From: Candidatus Uhrbacteria bacterium
Lineage (GTDB): Bacteria; Patescibacteriota; Patescibacteriia; UBA9934
Assembly (NCBI GenBank): GCA_963822405.1
Contig: CAWGHH010000001.1
Location: 227,717 to 291,716 of the forward strand
Reading direction: 5' to 3'
DNA: 64,000 nt
Part shown: piece by piece, positions 49,938 to 58,922 of the stretch
How positions within the stretch are numbered: position 1 is the first letter of the stretch
Layout of the letters: the number at the start of each line of letters is the position of its first letter
Program-made: the position numbers and the translations under genes
The notes under the pieces: model-generated
Told to the model about the DNA's origin: nothing
Seen by the model: the letters and a program-made list of their open reading frames with translations, nothing else
Databases searched by the model: none

Positions 49938-51624
49938 AGGCGTGGGTGCTTTGTTGGGATTTTACAATCTGCACATATTCCGGCGAGGTTTCCATGAGTT
50001 CTGTATGCGTGCCGATGGCCAGTACTTCGCCCTCCATAAGCAAGATAATTTGGTTATACGTTTCGGCTGACGCTACTTTTTGAGTGACCGACACAAGCGT
50101 CATGAGGGGATAATTCTTTGTGATATTTTCAAGGACTTTTCGTTCCGTCTGTGCGTCGACGCGTGCAGTGAAATCATCCAGGAAGAGCACATTCGGTTTG
50201 TGCGCCAGGGCGCGAGCTAGCATGATGCGTTGCTTCTGTCCGCCGGAAAGATTCGTTCCACGCTCGGAGACGATAGTATCGAGTCCATCCGAGAGCGTTG
50301 AAACGAAGTCTTTGAGTTCCGCGGTAGCGATAGCGAGCTGTACGTCTTCCTTGCTAGCGTTTTGTCCAAAGGCAATGTTCTCGCGAAGCGTTAAGTTAAA
50401 GAGCACGCTATCTTGAAAGACGATGCCGAGGTGTGAACGGAGTTGGGTTTGGTCGTAATCAAAAAGTGGCTTGTCGTCGTACTTGATAATTCCCGTGTCT
50501 GGTTTAGTGAGGCCGGCGAGCAAATAGAGAAGCTGGGTTTTGCCGGCAGCAGTTGGTCCGATAATTGCTGTTCTCGTGTTTGGATGAATGTGAAACGAAA
50601 CGTTCTTCATGACCGCTTTGGTTTCGTACGAAAGGGAGACATCCTCGACGGACAACTCGCCCAAGAATTTACTTACTGGTTCGCCACCTTCCTTTTCTTC
50701 TGTTGCTTTGAGTACTTCTTCAATACGCGCGCAAGAAACCGCTGAGCGAGAAATTGCATTACTCATGAAACCAAGCATGAAGATAGGGAAGATGAGAATT
50801 CCGAGGTACGTCATGAAGGCAGCAAAGTCTCCAATCAACAAAGTGCCGTTAATGATGTATCGGCCGCCCAGGATCACCATCACGAGGAGTGCGCTGTTCG
50901 CAATTAGTGTGATGAGCGGAATCAAGCCAGCGAAGATTTTTAGTATCTGTAAACCAACATTTTTTGCATCTTCATTAGTTTTCAAGAAACGATCATATTC
51001 GAGTACCTGCGAGTTCAAGACGCGAATAATTGCCGCGCCAAGAATGCTCTCATTGATAACCGCGTTTAGCCGATCAATTACTTCTTGGCCTTTTTTGAAC
51101 AGTGGGCGAATATACCCAAAAAGCCCAAAGAGCGCGAACATAATAAGAGGAACAATCGACAAGACCGCTAGACCAAGTTTCCAGTTAATCGACAGCAGGA
51201 AATACGCTGCGCCAATGATGACGAAGAGGGAAGAAAGAACCGTTGGTACTGCCTGTGAGACAAACTGCTTAACTGCGTCAACATCAGACGAGAAGTAAGT
51301 AAGAAGAATAGACGGCGATTTTCTTTGCACAAAGAGGAAGTCTTGGCGCGAAATTTTTGTGGCCAGTTCGTTTCTCAGGTCTCTCGCTACTTTTTCCCCG
51401 ACCGTTGTTTGGAAAACGGCGAGTAGCGCTCCAAAGATGAAAATACCACCAGCAACCAGCGTGAACTCCGTTAAGATGGCAGACATTGAAAACACGCCCA
51501 GAGCGTACGTATTCATGGCTTTAGCAATGATTTTCGGGACAACTAGGTTCAGCATCTGCTGGCCAAGCGCCAAGCAGACAATCAGCGCTACGAGTGCTTT
51601 ATAGGATTTGAGGAGTTTGAGCAT
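49921..51624 (-). CDS. ABC exporter half-transporter (degenerate site)
   Basis: GPTAAGKT, LSGGQKQR, LFLDD (E to D), VTQK (H to Q): heterodimeric exporter pattern. Confidence 0.92.
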   Translation of the reverse strand: MLKLLKSYKALVALIVCLALGQQMLNLVVPKIIAKAMNTYALGVFSMSAILTEFTLVAGGIFIFGALLAVFQTTVGEKVARDLRNELATKISRQDFLFVQRKSPSILLTYFSSDVDAVKQFVSQAVPTVLSSLFVIIGAAYFLLSINWKLGLAVLSIVPLIMFALFGLFGYIRPLFKKGQEVIDRLNAVINESILGAAIIRVLNSQVLEYDRFLKTNEDAKNVGLQILKIFAGLIPLITLIANSALLVMVILGGRYIINGTLLIGDFAAFMTYLGILIFPIFMLGFMSNAISRSAVSCARIEEVLKATEEKEGGEPVSKFLGELSVEDVSLSYETKAVMKNVSFHIHPNTRTAIIGPTAAGKTQLLYLLAGLTKPDTGIIKYDDKPLFDYDQTQLRSHLGIVFQDSVLFNLTLRENIAFGQNASKEDVQLAIATAELKDFVSTLSDGLDTIVSERGTNLSGGQKQRIMLARALAHKPNVLFLDDFTARVDAQTERKVLENITKNYPLMTLVSVTQKVASAETYNQIILLMEGEVLAIGTHTELMETSPEYVQIVKSQQSTHAYELQS

Positions 51625-51680
51625 AGAATATGTAGGAACGAATATAATAACAAAACACCCGCCAAAAGGCGAGTGATTCG

Positions 51681-51757
51681 TGGTGCGCGCGGCAGGGTTC
51701 GAACCTGCGACCCCCAGCTCCGCAAGCTGATGCTCTATCCAGCTGAGCTACGCGCGC
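51681..51757 (-). tRNA. tRNA-Arg(GCG)
   Basis: GCGCGCG acceptor stem, D arm AGCTCAGCTGGATAGAGC, anticodon loop TT-GCG-GA, TTCGAAC, encoded CCA. Confidence 0.93.
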
Positions 51758-51801
51758 ACAATCTGAAACTATCTAAAGTGTCTTTTTGCGGAGAAAAAAC
51801 A

Positions 51802-52329
51802 TTATAATTTATACACTCTACGGAGGGTGTCTGTCAAACTTTCTCCTTCGCGATCAAGGTTCTCGAAGACATACGGTAAAAGGCCTTGTCTGACTTCATT
51901 TGGGTTCATGTCATCCAAATGAATGGAAAGTGTTGGCTGGAGTCTGCCCTGCATTGAAACGTAAAGATATTTGATATCTGGTGGAGCGTACGAGATAGAG
52001 AAATCTTTGATGATTTCGTAGGGGTAGAACTGGTCACCAAGGACTACGCCGGAGGTCGTTACATAGGCGCGAACCTTGGCTGGTTGCTTCAAGTCTCGCA
52101 TGAGGAGAATGACCGAGAACATTAAAAGAATGAGAGCGAACACAAAATTGGCCGTCATGAGTGCGTACAAAAGCATGGTCAGACCCAAGGCACCGGCGGC
52201 CACATACCAGCCGGTGGTCCGTTCTGACGGTGGATATTCCCAAGTTTCCCACGTAGCAATGACGTTTCCAACGTCAATATGCTCATGGGTTTCTTCTTCT
52301 TTTTGTTTTTTTACTGCCCCCTTTGCCAT
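51802..52329 (-). CDS. hypothetical two-TM protein
   Basis: WETWEYPPSERTTGWY, two TM, cytoplasmic PH-like tail. Confidence 0.7.
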   Translation of the reverse strand: MAKGAVKKQKEEETHEHIDVGNVIATWETWEYPPSERTTGWYVAAGALGLTMLLYALMTANFVFALILLMFSVILLMRDLKQPAKVRAYVTTSGVVLGDQFYPYEIIKDFSISYAPPDIKYLYVSMQGRLQPTLSIHLDDMNPNEVRQGLLPYVFENLDREGESLTDTLRRVYKL

Positions 52330-52409
52330 ATGCTTGCCCACAGTATAACATGAGCACGCTTGAAAAAGAGTCACAATTCAGGTAGTCTACGCCCGTTCGT
52401 CAAAACCGC

Positions 52410-52498
52410 GGAAGGGTGACCGAGTGGTTTAAGGTAACGGTCTTGAAAACCGTCGAGGTTAATAGCCTCCGCGAGTTCGAATCTCGCCCCTTCCGCCA
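52410..52498 (+). tRNA. tRNA-Ser(TGA)
   Basis: GGAAGGG/CCCTTCC stem, loop CT-TGA-AA, long variable arm, G73, CCA. Confidence 0.95.
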
Positions 52499-52527
52499 GA
52501 AAATTGTTTGTTCCAAAAAAGCCTTGT

Positions 52528-52617
52528 GGAGAGATGGCCGAGTGGCTTAAGGCACAGGTTTGCTAAACCTGCGTACCTGAAAGGGTACCGGAGGTTCGAA
52601 TCCTCTTCTCTCCGCCA
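52528..52617 (+). tRNA. tRNA-Ser(GCT)
   Basis: GGAGAGA/TCTCTCC stem, loop TT-GCT-AA, long variable arm, GCCA. Confidence 0.95.
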
Positions 52618-52683
52618 CAAACGCACCTTGAAAGAGGTGCTTTTGTATTATGAGGAAACTCCAGGTATTGTAGGGGGAATACT

Positions 52684-53238
52684 ATGAAGCGCGCTAAATT
52701 TCTCCAGACTTTTTTGAAGGACGTGTCGGTCGCGTCAGTAACGCCAACTTCCAGACGGGCAGTGAAAAAGATTTGTAGCAAGATCGATTTTGCTAAATCG
52801 GGAATGATTGTAGTTGAGTATGGGGCTGGTAGCGGTGTAGTGAGCGTTGAGCTATTGAAGCGGTTGCCGGCCGACGGGAAACTATTTTTGATCGAGCAGA
52901 ATACGGAGTTCGTTAATCACTTACGCGAGATACTTTTAGATCCTCGAGTAGTAATTTTCACTTCTTCGGCTGAACACGTTGAAACATTGCTGGCCGAGCA
53001 GGGAATCAATCATGCAGACGCAATTATTTCGAGCATTCCTTTTACATTTTTGCCACCGCTTGTCGCGAAATCGATTATCGAAAAATCGGCCAAGCTTTTG
53101 GGGTCAACCGGCGTCTTCGTGATGTTTCAATTCAATCCGCAGGCTAAGAAATTACTTAAGCAGTTTTTTGGAAAGATTGATTCTGGACTTGTCCTCTTGA
53201 ACATCCCGCCACTTTTAACTTGGAAAGCTAGAGCGTAA
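52684..53238 (+). CDS. phospholipid N-methyltransferase-like SAM methyltransferase
   Basis: VASVTPTS, VVEYGAGSG, IISSIPF, FVMFQ, NIPP. Confidence 0.8.
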   Translation: MKRAKFLQTFLKDVSVASVTPTSRRAVKKICSKIDFAKSGMIVVEYGAGSGVVSVELLKRLPADGKLFLIEQNTEFVNHLREILLDPRVVIFTSSAEHVETLLAEQGINHADAIISSIPFTFLPPLVAKSIIEKSAKLLGSTGVFVMFQFNPQAKKLLKQFFGKIDSGLVLLNIPPLLTWKARA

Positions 53239-53824
53239 CTGCGCCTCGACGAAGAACTGAAATTCGACCATCTTTTTCGTGTACCATGGTTGACGGTAAA
53301 TTGTGGGGGAGTGGACCGGCATTAATGATGGCGTCTGGTTTGAAGGCTTGTTTGCTAAAAGCCGCAATCAGACTCTCAAGGTCATAGAGTTCCGGTTCGC
53401 CGGAGATATTGGCACTTGTGGATACAATGGGGACGCCGAGTTGGTCGGCCAGAGCTTGAGCAATCGGGTGGCTTGATTGGCGCACCGAAATGGTCGAACC
53501 GGTCAGACATTGTTGGGCGATTTGATTGTTCTCTTTGACCGGCAACACAATGTTCAATGGTCCTGGCCAGTGTTTTTCGGCCAGCATCTTCAGTTGAGGT
53601 GACCAAGCGACATACTTCTCGCCGTAAGGGTCGGCGGACGGTAAAAGAATAGTTACACCTTTGTCCTCTGGCCTACCTTTGATCAAGAAAATTCTTTTTA
53701 CGGCTTCGGCATTCGTTGCGTCGCAGCCAATTCCGTAAGAGGTTTCGGTTGGATAAATAATCACTTTGCCGGTTTTGAGAAGTTCAACAGCTTCCTTGAT
53801 TTGGGTTGAAGAAAGGATTTTCAT
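53228..53824 (-). CDS. tsaC: threonylcarbamoyl-AMP synthase (TsaC/YrdC)
   Basis: YPTETSYGIGCD, KGRPEDK, WPGPL, STSANISG, PSTM. Confidence 0.93.
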   Translation of the reverse strand: MKILSSTQIKEAVELLKTGKVIIYPTETSYGIGCDATNAEAVKRIFLIKGRPEDKGVTILLPSADPYGEKYVAWSPQLKMLAEKHWPGPLNIVLPVKENNQIAQQCLTGSTISVRQSSHPIAQALADQLGVPIVSTSANISGEPELYDLESLIAAFSKQAFKPDAIINAGPLPHNLPSTMVHEKDGRISVLRRGAVTL

Positions 53825-53893
53825 ACAGTTTTATTTTACACCATAGATCAGCACTTGCGTTTTTGCCAAGGCTTGGTATAATCCGCGGAACTT

Positions 53894-55968
53894 ATGGCAA
53901 TTCATTTGAAGGACTCGATCGCTTCTATTGCAACAATTGGCGCGGCCAAGGCGAAAGACTTTGCTAGGCTGGGCATCACAAATTTACACGAAGCACTTTT
54001 TGATTTTCCTTTTCGCTACGATGATTTGTCTCACGCAGTAGTGATTGCGGATGTAAAAGCCGGTCAGAAAGTGACGGTCGAGGGACCATCATGAATATTG
54101 AGAATCGTCAGAGTGCTAAGTCTAGAAAGATGATCATGACCGAGGCGATCATTGAAGACGGTACCGGCGCAATCAAGGCCGTTTGGTTTCACCAGGGCTT
54201 TTTGACTAAGGTTCTTAAGTCAGGACAGATTATTTCTTTGGCTGGCAAGGTCGATGACCGTTACGGTCTGTCCCTCGTGAATCCAGCGTATGAGGTAGTC
54301 GGCAGCGGAAAGATTGGCAAGGAAACTGGTCGAATTGTTCCGATTTATAAACTTACCGGTGCCTTGACTCAGAAGGTCCGCCGAAGAGTCGCTGAGGCTT
54401 CTCTTGGTTCAGTCAAAGAAGTTGAGGAATGGATGCCAGATAGAATTGTTTCAGAGGTTGAACTGATGGGACTTCACGGCGCTATCACTGAGCTACACTT
54501 TCCGTCGACGACTGAAGAAAAAGACAAGGCGTTGCGTCGTCTAAAATTTGACGAGTTTTTCTTGCACCAACTGTTGCACGCCAAGAGTCGTCGCGAGCTT
54601 AAGATGCGTAAGGCGCCAAAGGTTCCGTTTGACGAGGCCTACATGAAAGAGCTCGTAGCTGGCTTGCCTTTTGAATTAACTGGCGCGCAAAAGAAAGCTG
54701 TTTGGGCGATTATTAAGGATATGAATCGTCCGGAACCAATGAACCGGTTGCTTGAAGGTGACGTTGGTAGTGGTAAGACTGTTGTGGCGGCGTTAGTAGC
54801 TTGCAATGCATCAAAAGACGGTTGGCAGACGGCCATGTTGGCACCGACCGAGATCCTGGCCGAGCAACACGCTCAAACTTTGCAGAAACTATTTGGCTCT
54901 AGATTAACGATTGCGCTTTACACTCGAACAAAACGACGCGTGGGTGGCAAAGAGGTGACTAAGGCTCAGCTACTTTCCGCGCTTAAAAACGGCGCCGCTC
55001 AATTTGTCGTTGGCACACATGCGTTGCTGACACAGGATGTGTTGTTCGACCGTCTAGGATTGATTGTAGTGGACGAACAACACCGTTTTGGTGTGAAGCA
55101 ACGCCAGGCACTTAAGGACAAGCAGGGCGATCAGGACGGTATCCCCCACTTGCTGTCGATGACCGCTACGCCGATTCCTCGCTCGCTCGCACTCGTGCTT
55201 TACGGTGACCTCGACCGCTCAATTTTGAACGAATACCCAGCTGGTAGAAAACCAATTTTGACTGAGATGGTCGAGCTTGGCCGGGAAGAGCCAATTTACG
55301 AAATGATGCGCGAGCAAATGGCTTCTGGTCGGCAGATTTTTGTGGTCTGTCCTTTGATCGACGAGTCTGACGCGCTTGGTGTGAACTCTGTGCACGAGGT
55401 GTATCAGGAGTTTATGCTTGAGGCTTTCCGTGGCTTCAAAGTTTCCATGTTGCATGGTCGCATGAAGACTAAGGAGAAGGACGACGTCATGCGTGAATTT
55501 GCTGAGGGCAGATCGAACATGCTCATCTCGACAACGGTAGTCGAGGTTGGCGTTGACGTACCAAACGCAACAGTTATGTACGTTGAAGGTGCCGAGCGTT
55601 TCGGTCTGGCGCAGCTTCACCAGCTTCGCGGACGTGTTGGCCGTGGCGAACACCAGAGCTATTGTTATTTGCATCCCTCCGGCATCTTGGGTGAGGTTGC
55701 TTATGAGCGCATGAAGGCCATTGAAAACAGCCAGGACGGTTTTGACTTGGCCGAGCGTGATCTCCAGCTCCGTGGTCCAGGTAGTGTCTTCGGCACAAAC
55801 CAGTCCGGCTTCGACCAGTTCAAGCTCGGTACCATGAATGACATTGATCTCATGTCTCACGCTAAGGATTTCTCAAAAGAAGTCCTCGACGAAAGCCCCG
55901 ACCTCACTAACTATCCCAAACTCCGCGCCCGTTTGTACGAATACGTTGACGAAGTGCACTTCGAATAA
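53894..55968 (+). pseudogene. recG: RecG helicase, 1-nt frameshift near 54083
   Basis: The first ORF has LGI..FPFRYDD; the second has GDVGSGKT, DEQHRFG, MTATPIPR, QLRGRVGRG. The junction GAG-GG-ACC lacks one base, probably a sequencing error. Confidence 0.92.
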
Positions 55969-55975
55969 GGAAACT

Positions 55976-56059
55976 AAAAAGTCAGTATTGTCTCGAAAAT
56001 GGAGTCGGCCAGTAATGTACGGCGCCCTCCTGGCATTTTCTCGACAACACTGACTTTTT
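55976..56059. terminator. bidirectional hairpin, copy 1 (with 43-nt insert)
   Basis: AAAAAGTCAGTATTGTC...GACAACACTGACTTTTT. Confidence 0.7.
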
Positions 56060-56067
56060 GTTTTCCT

Positions 56068-56355
56068 TTACTTGTTGAACGTGAAACCGTGTACCTCTTC
56101 AAGAATTTGTAGAGTAGCCTTAACAGATGGATTCTCAGTATTGGCCAGAAGGAGGTTGGCTCCGTACATTTCGTGGAGCGGTTTGAGGAATTCATCGCCC
56201 CACGAGGGAGAGAAAGTGATGACGCCAGTAAAGTCGATGGTAATAATTTGATCGGTTGAGACCTCTGGTAGGCTTGGTCTGAAAGCGGCGAATGCTTCGC
56301 GACCAGCCTGACGAGAGGTGAGAGTGGTTCCAAATTTGCTGAGAGCGATAGTCAT
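56068..56355 (-). CDS. STAS-like (DUF4325) protein
   Basis: LTSRQAG, IDFTGV..SPSWGDE. Confidence 0.8.
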   Translation of the reverse strand: MTIALSKFGTTLTSRQAGREAFAAFRPSLPEVSTDQIITIDFTGVITFSPSWGDEFLKPLHEMYGANLLLANTENPSVKATLQILEEVHGFTFNK

Positions 56356-56365
56356 ATAGGGATAT

Positions 56366-57091
56366 TTAATACTGAATATACACAAACGTTCCATTTATTG
56401 GGTGCGATGAAGTTAGTATTTCAAGCGATCGGTTTCCTTGTGCGAGATGAACGATGGCATTACCAGATTGAAATGATAGTTTGATGGGGTTATGATTTAC
56501 GACTGAGCGTACGAACTTTAGTCCGTTGCCTCTGTTTTCTGGAGCTCGACCGGTCACCACCTCGGTAAAAGCTGTTTGCAGTGCTTCTGAATCATTAGTT
56601 AGGTTTTGTCTGACACGTTTGAGTGTAGCTAGAATTCCTTGCCCTCGGTCCGCTAGAACGATATATTTTTTGTTAAGGTCGAAGGCAAAGAAAATACCCG
56701 GAACATCTGGCCAGTTGCCAAGGTTATGATCAAATGAGTTATTTCCAATTTCGCCGGCAATTGCAACCCAGAGTGGGAAGTCTTGGGAAATGCCCGGAGT
56801 CTGTTGCAGGGCAGTTTGAAATCTATTTAGTCGAGTTTGGAACGTGCCGCTGTTTGGGCAATACTGAGCCATGGGTGGTGGCTCGCTTTGGGCGCTGGTT
56901 GCCCAGTCTTGAGCGATTTTAGCCAAATCCTTTGAGAATATATCTATAGTCCACTGATGATATCTTCGGTGCCCGCCAGGAGATACAAAATCCGCTCGGA
57001 GTTTGCCTGATTTGTCCCATCTTCGGAGTGTTTGGAGATTGACCCCCAGGAGCTCTGCAGCCTCTGAAATACTGAGCATTTCGGTATCCAT
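56366..57091 (-). CDS. MerR-type HTH fused to HATPase domain
   Basis: ISEAAELLGVNLQTLRRWD..GGHRRY; EIGNNSFDH (N box), LADRGQGI (G1), RGNGL (G2). Confidence 0.85.
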   Translation of the reverse strand: MDTEMLSISEAAELLGVNLQTLRRWDKSGKLRADFVSPGGHRRYHQWTIDIFSKDLAKIAQDWATSAQSEPPPMAQYCPNSGTFQTRLNRFQTALQQTPGISQDFPLWVAIAGEIGNNSFDHNLGNWPDVPGIFFAFDLNKKYIVLADRGQGILATLKRVRQNLTNDSEALQTAFTEVVTGRAPENRGNGLKFVRSVVNHNPIKLSFQSGNAIVHLAQGNRSLEILTSSHPINGTFVYIQY

Positions 57092-57175
57092 ATAGATAAA
57101 ATCTATACATTTATAGTAAAAACCTATACAAAACTATACATAAACATACAAAATCTGTCAACGGTCAACGAAAAC

Positions 57176-57216
57176 AAAAAGTCAGTATTGTCTTTTCTCG
57201 ACAACACCGACTTTTT
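57176..57216. terminator. bidirectional hairpin, copy 2
   Basis: AAAAAGTCAGTATTGTC-TTTTCTC-GACAACACCGACTTTTT. Confidence 0.7.
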
Positions 57217-57229
57217 GGTTTCGTTTGGC

Positions 57230-58922
57230 CTAGAACGCGAGCGTACCACCGTTGGCGGTAAGATGCTTTACATACATTCCGTCAATGTTGACACCCGTGT
57301 TCGTTGAATCAGACCAGTTCATGCCCTTGAGGAGGGGTTTGGATGGGACAAGTGGTTCGGCTGGGAGGTCGAAGCGAATGACGTCGTCATCAGCTGAGCT
57401 GGCACCCGTTGCGTCGAAGTAAAGGGCAAACGTGTGGCTAGTGCCCTTTGTAATTACTGATGCAGTTGGGAGATTGATCCTTATGAAAGTTACGTTACCA
57501 GACGAAACGCAGGCTACTCCATTGCTATCCATGAGCGTCCAGTTGGTGTCTGCAGTATCAAGTGAGGTGCTTGAGTCCTGGTATAGGTCATAGATGTCGA
57601 AGTCTGCAGCCACAGTGTTGCCGCAGAGGTTCCAGCCAGTATTTGCGTTATCATTTGAGCTCATCTTAAAAGTGAGTGCATTAAGAACTACATCATCGCC
57701 TGCACTGGCTGCTACGTTAAAGCGAATCACTTCATTTCGACCGACAACTGCAGAACCCGATGGGCTGGAAGATGCGATGGAAATTGTGGGGCGAGTTTCG
57801 CGGAGAGTGAACGTTCCTCCCTGATAACCAACCCCCATTTCAACTTCTGTGATTACATTTCCTGAGGTCATGCCAATAGCTTTGAAGACACCGCCAGGTA
57901 AGAAGCCGAATGCTTCGCTGAAGGTCATGCCTGAGGCTCCGTTTCCTGTATTGCTGATATCGGCAGTATCTACGAACACTTCAATCACGGCTGCATTTGA
58001 AGCGCCGGTAGGAACGAAAAGGGTCAGGCCAGTGAATTTGACGAGATGATTTGAGACCGCTCCGATGCTGGTAACGGTCGCTCCGGTTGCATCTTTGTAG
58101 GAGATCTTCACGGTTTTAACAGCTGCATCATCGCCAACATTTTTAATGGTCAACGTTTGAACTGTATACGGCTCGTTAGTAGCGGTGAGTTTGAATACGC
58201 CGGCTTTGACAGTGCTATTCGCAAGAGCGATGTTGTTCGGGGTATTTGGATCAACGGAAAGACTGAGATTGCCGTGATCTTTAACTGTTATAGCAACTGA
58301 TTGTGAGGCGTTAACTCCTGGATCTTTTGGTCTCGCCAATATAGATACGGGCACCGGGTAGTGCACTCCCTTGGCCGTTTTCTGCGGATACATCAGTGTC
58401 GCTGTTAACAGAAAAGGCATAAATATCTGGGCTTGATCCATCTGGAGGAACGTTCGCAAAAGTACAATGAAGTGAATAGCCTCTTCCGGCATTAGCAGGA
58501 ATGGTAAGGTCTAGGTTTTCAAAAATTGCCCGTCCCAAATTATCAACTAGCACTGGAGCGGTAAGCGAATGACCTTGAAGATCCCAAAGCTGACAATTCG
58601 AGATGTGATCAGCTGGAGTTACGTTATTTTCTACACTCGCAAAGGTTCCGTCAGAATCGCCGATGACGTTAAATATAAGGCGCTTAACTCTGACGGGTTT
58701 GTTTTGTGCTTGAAGACTTATCGCTAGAACAGGATCAAGTCCAGTGCCAACAACTACTGCATGAGAAATAGTTTGAGGAACAGTTTTAACAACTAGAATT
58801 GGCAAAGCATTATTCGCCGCAATCACAAACCCCGCCGCTGCGGCGAGTAAGCCGGTGCCCATGATGGCAATGCCGACTAGGGCACTGGTTGTTGTTTGAA
58901 CTGCTGTTGATGTTTGTTGCAT
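57230..58922 (-). pseudogene. S-layer-like surface protein, paralog B, frameshift near 58326
   Basis: Removing one A from ACCAAAAGAT gives RIYIGETKDPGVN, colinear with RINVGSPADVGVN in paralog A. Confidence 0.75.

Noticed and set aside
49921-51624. Inactivated ABC transporter
   Set aside because: E-to-D and H-to-Q changes are the normal degenerate site of heterodimeric exporters.
52410-52498. tRNA with 'TGA' as a suppressor or Sec tRNA
   Set aside because: Anticodon TGA reads UCA (Ser); a UGA suppressor would need anticodon TCA.
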